The notes beneath the pieces were generated by a model that worked only from the letters and a program-made list of their open reading frames with translations, was not told the DNA's origin and searched no databases. From a virus, in the IMG/VR virus record IMGVR_UViG_3300010885_054390, positions 1 through 64,000 of that record: DNA of 64,000 nucleotides; one strand, 5' to 3'. The translations under genes and the position numbers were made by a program. This document shows positions 59,501-64,000 of this stretch, one piece after another (position 1 is the stretch's first letter; each line of letters opens with the position of its first letter).

Positions 59501-59709
59501 TTCCGCAAGGAATACATATCTCTGGCGACCAGCTTGTATCCGTCAGAATCCTGACCCATTAAATCTGGTGAGGCAATAGCTTTTAAAGAAGAAAAAATAT
59601 ACGAAGGTTTTCCTAAGTTAACTAAGGCCTTGGTCTTGCCCACAATTCCGCCCGGAAGATCGGCCAAGAAAGACTTGATTGCTAATCCTAGAAGTGATGT
59701 TGAGGCCAT
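56560..59709 (-). CDS. Tail fibre/receptor-binding protein with C-terminal LamG-like domain
   Basis: 1049 aa, S/T/N/Y-rich beta composition; shares an N-terminal motif with its two neighbours. Confidence 0.55.
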   Translation of the reverse strand: MASTSLLGLAIKSFLADLPGGIVGKTKALVNLGKPSYIFSSLKAIASPDLMGQDSDGYKLVARDMYSLRNIRSALQAQIDAFQVKITAIKNLLSSLFPSSIAKSTVAMIMPANGSLSDLQLKEKLLYQYDANGNQLSTFVKDPIKFTPISATECLLDLGTSNGYSNYISLGNGIYRPETKTGPAEAIYDFDVVTIQWVEGAVNGVGGVTKKRSDMQIAGPFYATEDYSGEFRKTDTGSGRFAYVLKMCRGSGDTFASLLAASAQNVSCTIIKKQERKFICVTNYVIGSSDIASIKRTSNVTTIVLKDGTNWLGNVDLASTDISDERVVKNQPLVVRATGSLSDFAGAYSVLSVNRKTRTITYNNFSSASPTTSTFTTPSIEISIEPFYTTQFSSGDAVSMTFLRTGNNSVVDHYTDMIVGDTYNVGSRKGFYLYGKNEQDYIMANYYFDSPLGGWGYRQAAFITNFASSSLKGSSKVFTARQFIRGFATPKSPSFSRGNILSTSTKSFWNRTTSNAADVVLGLSFPGQVQVNGSLEVRQQINFNTTAVLSQYPTSLSGASTASPYYQYFNKEKDLTHLFQLKVGGETCYLPAVSLEDQVFRYEQSFISKQTELTQTAIVSLDKFYTTGNTFTFQKGGDWKSSTNTTNVFFGELFQPLIRNFSTNYANQYANVMPTKEYWMASNRLSKNANEASNVSLNAYYETMPSSTFTYYTKEDRSITPSQPFRSAYNGIGAYQNTSNTDLDTDTLMPTNAATFFMVFRIRPDWAETQPDAISGATTPQVIASQGADWETISTLPFGGASTNYYTDNGLGWLLYTKGFDNSNRTLYFTNPGPWNELCDTTSWGVKYSAPTRKLGFSQELALTKTLAPGLFYFLAFTFETRDASNNLISNSDMDASYTSTLTPNAYPAGYGAYLPTSSSIDNMRPTTINFYAGVGTSGVVSLTPGSNSLKIIRATKKRGSYSNRFGRRLGVGLTHNNDTIYNLQNGWYNGYVNNVYVPYSYEKFRVACPMDIAMVGQVDDVMNSAQLGTLFSSLRTGTFSGLNWGTPI

Positions 59710-59715
59710 AAATTT

Positions 59716-60672
59716 TTAAGGTTTGTAGACTGGAAGTTTAACGGCAATATCCCCTACGGCAATATTGTAATGTTTAATTTTAGCGGAAGGAGAGTTTTCA
59801 CAAACAGTTTTTACAGTTGTAAAATTAGCTGTGCCTTTTGCAAAGTAAGTATTCGCAACGGTAATGCCATTAGCCACGGTGAGAGACCCTTCAATTAAAA
59901 CTGTATTTCTTCCGGTCGGAGGAGTTATCTGTATTTTATCTCCGTCTCCTTCAATCTGTGACCATTGAACTTGCCCCGTTGCTAAATCTAAGCTCTCCGA
60001 TGGGGTTATTTCTGCCGCTGTCGCAAATGACCCCCTCCAAAATGTTGTCGCTATAAAAACTCCGGGGGAAGTAATATTGTTTTCCGGCTCTTGCGTGTTT
60101 GTAAGTTTTACTGTTATAGAGCTGTTAATCGAAGTTACTAGGGCTGTTGCGGAATCTATTTGAGCCTGTACATCGTTTTCGGAGGCAGTTTTGTTTTTAG
60201 AAAAACCAACAATTCCCATAAAATCATTTCTAATGAAAGGCGGGTTTTCTTCGGATACAGCCTGCAATATAGGAAGCATATCGGGGTCTATGTTTAGATT
60301 TCTTTGAGCTTCTTTTTGCAAATCCGCAGACTCCGCTAGCTCCGAAAGATAGTTTTCCGATGTAAAACCGCGTTTTCTTACGGCTAACTCTAAGTCAACG
60401 TAATCTTTTCCGTAGTCGTTGTAGGCAGTAATTCGATAGTAAAAAACCCCCGATACCGTTACAAGCCCGCTAAGCTTTCCGCTTAAACGATCAAAGGTAA
60501 GATTTGGAAGCGGGTTTTCACTTATTGTAAAATACTTTGGCGTTCCGGATCTTGGCGAAATTCGAGTCTCGTAATTAAAGTTCTTGCCCGTCAGGGTTAC
60601 GATAGAATCCCTTTTATTGAGCGTGTCCCCTCCTTTGGGGATTACAATTGGGGCATTAGATATTAAGGCCAT
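59716..60672 (-). CDS. Tail protein with putative Ig-like domain
   Basis: FNYE...LP.NLTFD..SGKLSG....G......ITAYN.YG pattern. Confidence 0.6.
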   Translation of the reverse strand: MALISNAPIVIPKGGDTLNKRDSIVTLTGKNFNYETRISPRSGTPKYFTISENPLPNLTFDRLSGKLSGLVTVSGVFYYRITAYNDYGKDYVDLELAVRKRGFTSENYLSELAESADLQKEAQRNLNIDPDMLPILQAVSEENPPFIRNDFMGIVGFSKNKTASENDVQAQIDSATALVTSINSSITVKLTNTQEPENNITSPGVFIATTFWRGSFATAAEITPSESLDLATGQVQWSQIEGDGDKIQITPPTGRNTVLIEGSLTVANGITVANTYFAKGTANFTTVKTVCENSPSAKIKHYNIAVGDIAVKLPVYKP

Positions 60673-60673
60673 A

Positions 60674-61774
60674 TTAGTTTAATTTCTCTGTCTTAACGTA
60701 GAATTTCCTACCCGGCTCGCTGTCTGCGTTGAGCACAATCATGTATCCGGTATCAGAGGAAACGTTTGCAGGTATTCTATTTTGTAGGCCACCCTGCCCA
60801 GAGTTTGAGTCTACGGCAATATTAAAAGTTGTTCCTACACGAAGATAATCTACCGAAACATTAACGGGCTCAAATACTTGACCCGGAATTGGCTGCTTGT
60901 ATGGCTTTACGACTTGATTGCTGGCTCCCGTAGATGTGGTTGAGTAATCTCCAACAGTCCAGTATCCGAAGGTATCTTGTTTAATCGCCACCGGTTCGGC
61001 GCCCGTTTTGTCTTTTATATAAAATTCATTCGCATAAGCAGGGCCAAACATAGCATACGGAGTTGGGAAAACTGGGGAGGCTTTGTTAAGAGAATTGGTA
61101 GCTCTTTGCGTAAAAGAAGAAAACTCTGATTTTAATTGACTTAGAACAGATGATATTTTGCCCTTAAACCCTTTTACATATTGAAATACTGTTAGGGATA
61201 AATATGAAGAAGCCTTCGGAAATGTTGCGTCCGACAAACCACCAACCATAAAATCGGGAGCCTCTACAAGCTGAGCTACTGCATATACGTCATCCGGATG
61301 AGTTGCTGTATCCGGATACGCACCGTCTTTTTCTGTTACCCCAAGAAGTAAATTTTTTAAAGCCGTCCATTGGTAGGCGAAACCCGATAAAAGAAATTCT
61401 TTAAAAGCAAGATCAACGCGAAGACCGCGAGCCGTTTGCCGAAGAGCTTGAGATGGAGTCCCAACGGTTAAAGGGGCGGGGTCTGCGGATTGCTCGGAAG
61501 CATTTCTAGCGAACAATTTGACGTAGTACGTTGTATTGGGTAGAAGATTTGTAACTTCCCATCGAGTGCCGGAAATTACCTTCCCGTTGTAGCCGGGGTG
61601 AAAATTAGAAAGCACGTTCAGAAAAGTACTTGTATTTGTATCAGATACTTCTGTGTTTGTTCGAGCAACATACAAAAGATACTCAGAGGCATTCAGCACG
61701 GAAGACCACTCAAGCACAAAAGAAGTAGCCGTAAGAGATGTAACCGGCTTTAAAATAGGAATAGAAAGAGCCAT
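60674..61774 (-). CDS. Tail protein with N-terminal fibronectin type III domain
   Basis: TATSFVLEWSSV..ASEY.L.V...VTNLLPNTTYYVKLFARN. Confidence 0.7.
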   Translation of the reverse strand: MALSIPILKPVTSLTATSFVLEWSSVLNASEYLLYVARTNTEVSDTNTSTFLNVLSNFHPGYNGKVISGTRWEVTNLLPNTTYYVKLFARNASEQSADPAPLTVGTPSQALRQTARGLRVDLAFKEFLLSGFAYQWTALKNLLLGVTEKDGAYPDTATHPDDVYAVAQLVEAPDFMVGGLSDATFPKASSYLSLTVFQYVKGFKGKISSVLSQLKSEFSSFTQRATNSLNKASPVFPTPYAMFGPAYANEFYIKDKTGAEPVAIKQDTFGYWTVGDYSTTSTGASNQVVKPYKQPIPGQVFEPVNVSVDYLRVGTTFNIAVDSNSGQGGLQNRIPANVSSDTGYMIVLNADSEPGRKFYVKTEKLN

Positions 61775-61782
61775 AAATTACT

Positions 61783-63999
61783 TTATCCTTCCTCGCATTG
61801 AACGCTAGCTGTAACCGTAATTGGCAACCCAGAGTTTTCGACGCTAGTCATATTTTTTGCCGTAACAAAGAATGTGTAATCTCCCGGCCCACGAATTGCG
61901 GTTCCGTTGTATGAGAAGAAATTTGAGAGGTCAAAATTAAACGGCTTTATGAAATTTGTTCCGGTTTGCCTATTAGCACTTATAAAGAACGACCCGAGCA
62001 ATTCAAACTTGCTCGTGTCAAGTTTTTGCGTGCAGTCCGTATCTACCAATATACCGCTGTTTTCGTTCTGATCTCGGAAGGTAACCGGCAATCTGACGGA
62101 ACTTCCGGAAACTTGCGCCTCAATTCCGGGTCGACCCCAAGAAAAATTATTTTCCGCCGATAAAAGTGGTATGCGTTTTATCCACTCATAAGCTGTCTCA
62201 TTAGCGCGACGTGCCGGGAATTGAGTTCCTGAGCCAATAAGACTTTTGCCGTAAATTTTTTGAAGAACCTGATGTGCAGCAGTTCCCGCATACAACGAGT
62301 CTGGTTGACCTAAGAATCTCACAGCTCTTTGCTCAATATCGTTGGTGCTTGGATTGGTTGAAATAGTTACATTTTTAATTGAAGACCCGGGGGACAAAAG
62401 AAACACGAGATGCACGCCGCTTGCGGCTGGATTTCGAATGTAGTTTTGACTTTCCATGCCTCTAGAGGCGCCCCCAATAATTCGTGTAAATGAAGTGTTG
62501 TACAGTAACGAGCTTGGGAGATTATCGAAGGTGTACTTAGTTGCTGAGAAATCTTGGTTAGTATAGGTCCTGCCTTCGGTGCCTTCAGAAAAAAATCCGT
62601 AGGCTCCGTGAAGTGAATACGGGGTAAAATAGAGCGGCCACATTCCTTCTACTAGTTCAGAGGCTACAAAATTAGCCCAGCTTGAAGAATTCATAATTGC
62701 AGATGCTTGTCCGGAGGGAAGGCTTGTTTTGTGGTAATAAAAACCAGCGTATACATTTCCGGATACCTCGTAGCTAAAATTGAAAAACGGATCAAAGATT
62801 GGATCGCTCATCATTACCATGTCGGTGTGTTTAAAATTGAGAGTATACCCAACCTTTGCGAGTTCGGCTGTATCTGGGGATAGGTTAAAGTTATAAAAAT
62901 ACGGATCGCGCAAAGAAGAAAACGGATCTGGACTAAGAGCGCCTGCGTCAGCTACTCGCATAGCGAAAAAATTGGGATCTTTGTCAGTAGAAACTCCCGA
63001 AACAAGTCCGCCCCTTAGGTACACGTTTGGCGAAGTGTCCGCGCCCAAAAGATACCGCCTTCTCGCAGGATCTACGGAAGTTGGTCTGGTGGGGCAATTG
63101 TCTTCTTCCTCGGGAAGATTGAAAGTTCCGTTAGAGGGCTGCGACCAATCGGGTGCCAAGTAGCAAGGCGGGACATAGGACCACCAAGGAGTATTAGAAT
63201 TCTTTTTAAAGAAAAAGTTTTTGGAATTGTTAGCGTCTGGGAACAGTCCGCTAAGCGAATAATTGTAGCCGTCTGGGTAGGATATAACCTTCCCAATTGT
63301 ACTTTGAGTATCGGAAACTCCTGAGGCAGTCCACATATCTACTCGAAGCGGATAATTATTTGTAGTGCTGCTTGATGTCGCTGAAATAGAAAGTCTTTTT
63401 GGAACAATTACTTTGTAGTTTCTGGTATCTGTGGCAGCCCCCGGAATTGAGTCTGCGGTTAAACGTTTTTTCATCTTCGTTTTGTAACGAGTAGCTATAA
63501 CTGGAAACACGTCGGAGCTGCTTATTTTTTCCATTCCAGAATCCTTAGACTGAATGGTGCAAGGGCAGCCAAATTCATTTGCGGGCCATGTCCCAACAAA
63601 AGCCCAAGCTGCTCCGGGTGAGGCTGTTCCGGAGGCTCCCGTAATAGTCGCGGTAAGGCCGCCATTAAAGACAATTTCGTAGTTAGAGGGGTTAGCTTGT
63701 ATAGCTGGCCCCCAAGCCGGATTCCCGAGGCCAACGGTAACTGAGTTAGTGGAAACAGCGGATTGGCCCGAGAAATTCATTAGATTTGGTATAATCAAAG
63801 TGCGGGCTTGCGAGTTAAAAGCGGGTATTGTTTTAACTCCGCCGGAGACATCTGTGATTTGAGGGGAGTTAGGATTTCCGCCATCAATGTAAACGCTAAC
63901 GCCGTATTTGCTAAGAGAAAGCATACCTTGATCGTTGACAGTTCCGTTTGCCGAGACTAGCCGGTAGAAGACCTTGAACCAAGGCGTCGATAGAGTTGG
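61783..63999 (-). CDS. Large virion structural protein (5' end beyond right edge)
   Basis: The frame stays open upstream of the track's Met (PTLSTPWFKVFYRLVSANGTVNDQG-MLSLSKYGVSVYIDGG). Confidence 0.6.
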   Translation of the reverse strand, partial: PTLSTPWFKVFYRLVSANGTVNDQGMLSLSKYGVSVYIDGGNPNSPQITDVSGGVKTIPAFNSQARTLIIPNLMNFSGQSAVSTNSVTVGLGNPAWGPAIQANPSNYEIVFNGGLTATITGASGTASPGAAWAFVGTWPANEFGCPCTIQSKDSGMEKISSSDVFPVIATRYKTKMKKRLTADSIPGAATDTRNYKVIVPKRLSISATSSSTTNNYPLRVDMWTASGVSDTQSTIGKVISYPDGYNYSLSGLFPDANNSKNFFFKKNSNTPWWSYVPPCYLAPDWSQPSNGTFNLPEEEDNCPTRPTSVDPARRRYLLGADTSPNVYLRGGLVSGVSTDKDPNFFAMRVADAGALSPDPFSSLRDPYFYNFNLSPDTAELAKVGYTLNFKHTDMVMMSDPIFDPFFNFSYEVSGNVYAGFYYHKTSLPSGQASAIMNSSSWANFVASELVEGMWPLYFTPYSLHGAYGFFSEGTEGRTYTNQDFSATKYTFDNLPSSLLYNTSFTRIIGGASRGMESQNYIRNPAASGVHLVFLLSPGSSIKNVTISTNPSTNDIEQRAVRFLGQPDSLYAGTAAHQVLQKIYGKSLIGSGTQFPARRANETAYEWIKRIPLLSAENNFSWGRPGIEAQVSGSSVRLPVTFRDQNENSGILVDTDCTQKLDTSKFELLGSFFISANRQTGTNFIKPFNFDLSNFFSYNGTAIRGPGDYTFFVTAKNMTSVENSGLPITVTASVQCEEG

Positions 64000-64000
64000 A

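Noticed and set aside
1-64000. Stop-codon reassignment or diversity-generating retroelement
   Set aside because: Genes are intact and densely packed in the standard code; the tRNA is an ordinary Tyr(GUA); no reverse transcriptase or TR/VR pair seen.
1-64000. Host assignment (PVC-group freshwater bacterium suspected from the capsid/portal style)
   Set aside because: Impression only; needs spacer, tRNA or k-mer matching to support it.

Overview
The window is most of a dsDNA tailed-phage genome with podovirus-like architecture. It has large ejection/internal-virion genes, and I see no tape measure, integrase or RNA polymerase. It is cut inside the major capsid gene at the left edge (missed by the ORF track) and inside a tail gene at the right edge. 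Layout: (i) 1-12.9 kb, minus strand: TerL, portal, scaffold, a three-gene insert (two surface/adhesion proteins and a glycosyltransferase), major capsid. (ii) 13-21 kb, plus strand: RuvC-like resolvase, SF2 helicase, PD-(D/E)XK nuclease, SSB-like protein, dNTP pyrophosphohydrolase, family A polymerase, primase-helicase, then tRNA-Tyr and an ori-like repeat cluster. (iii) About 23.5 kb: G-run terminus/pac candidate beside TerS. (iv) 24.6-38 kb: early cluster of small genes including an Ocr-like DNA mimic; it has no CCGG that I could find and carries six copies of the bipartite motif TGTCACCG-N13-CTCAACCTA. (v) 38-42 kb: auxiliary enzymes and three small basic proteins sharing an LGK motif. (vi) 42-64 kb, minus strand: tail and ejection proteins, including a 3795-aa polyvalent protein. 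Best candidate for an undescribed system: the 3795-aa virion protein looks like a polyprotein. A zincin-like domain is followed by modules separated by a recurrent [DE]-x-[LIF]-G-A-A-x-[VI] motif. The first module resembles a sigma70-family factor, which could read the phage-specific early promoters in the first-injected, restriction-site-purged DNA. The motifs are directly visible; the functional links are inference. All family assignments come from motif recognition by eye, with no database search, and k-mer counts are manual.
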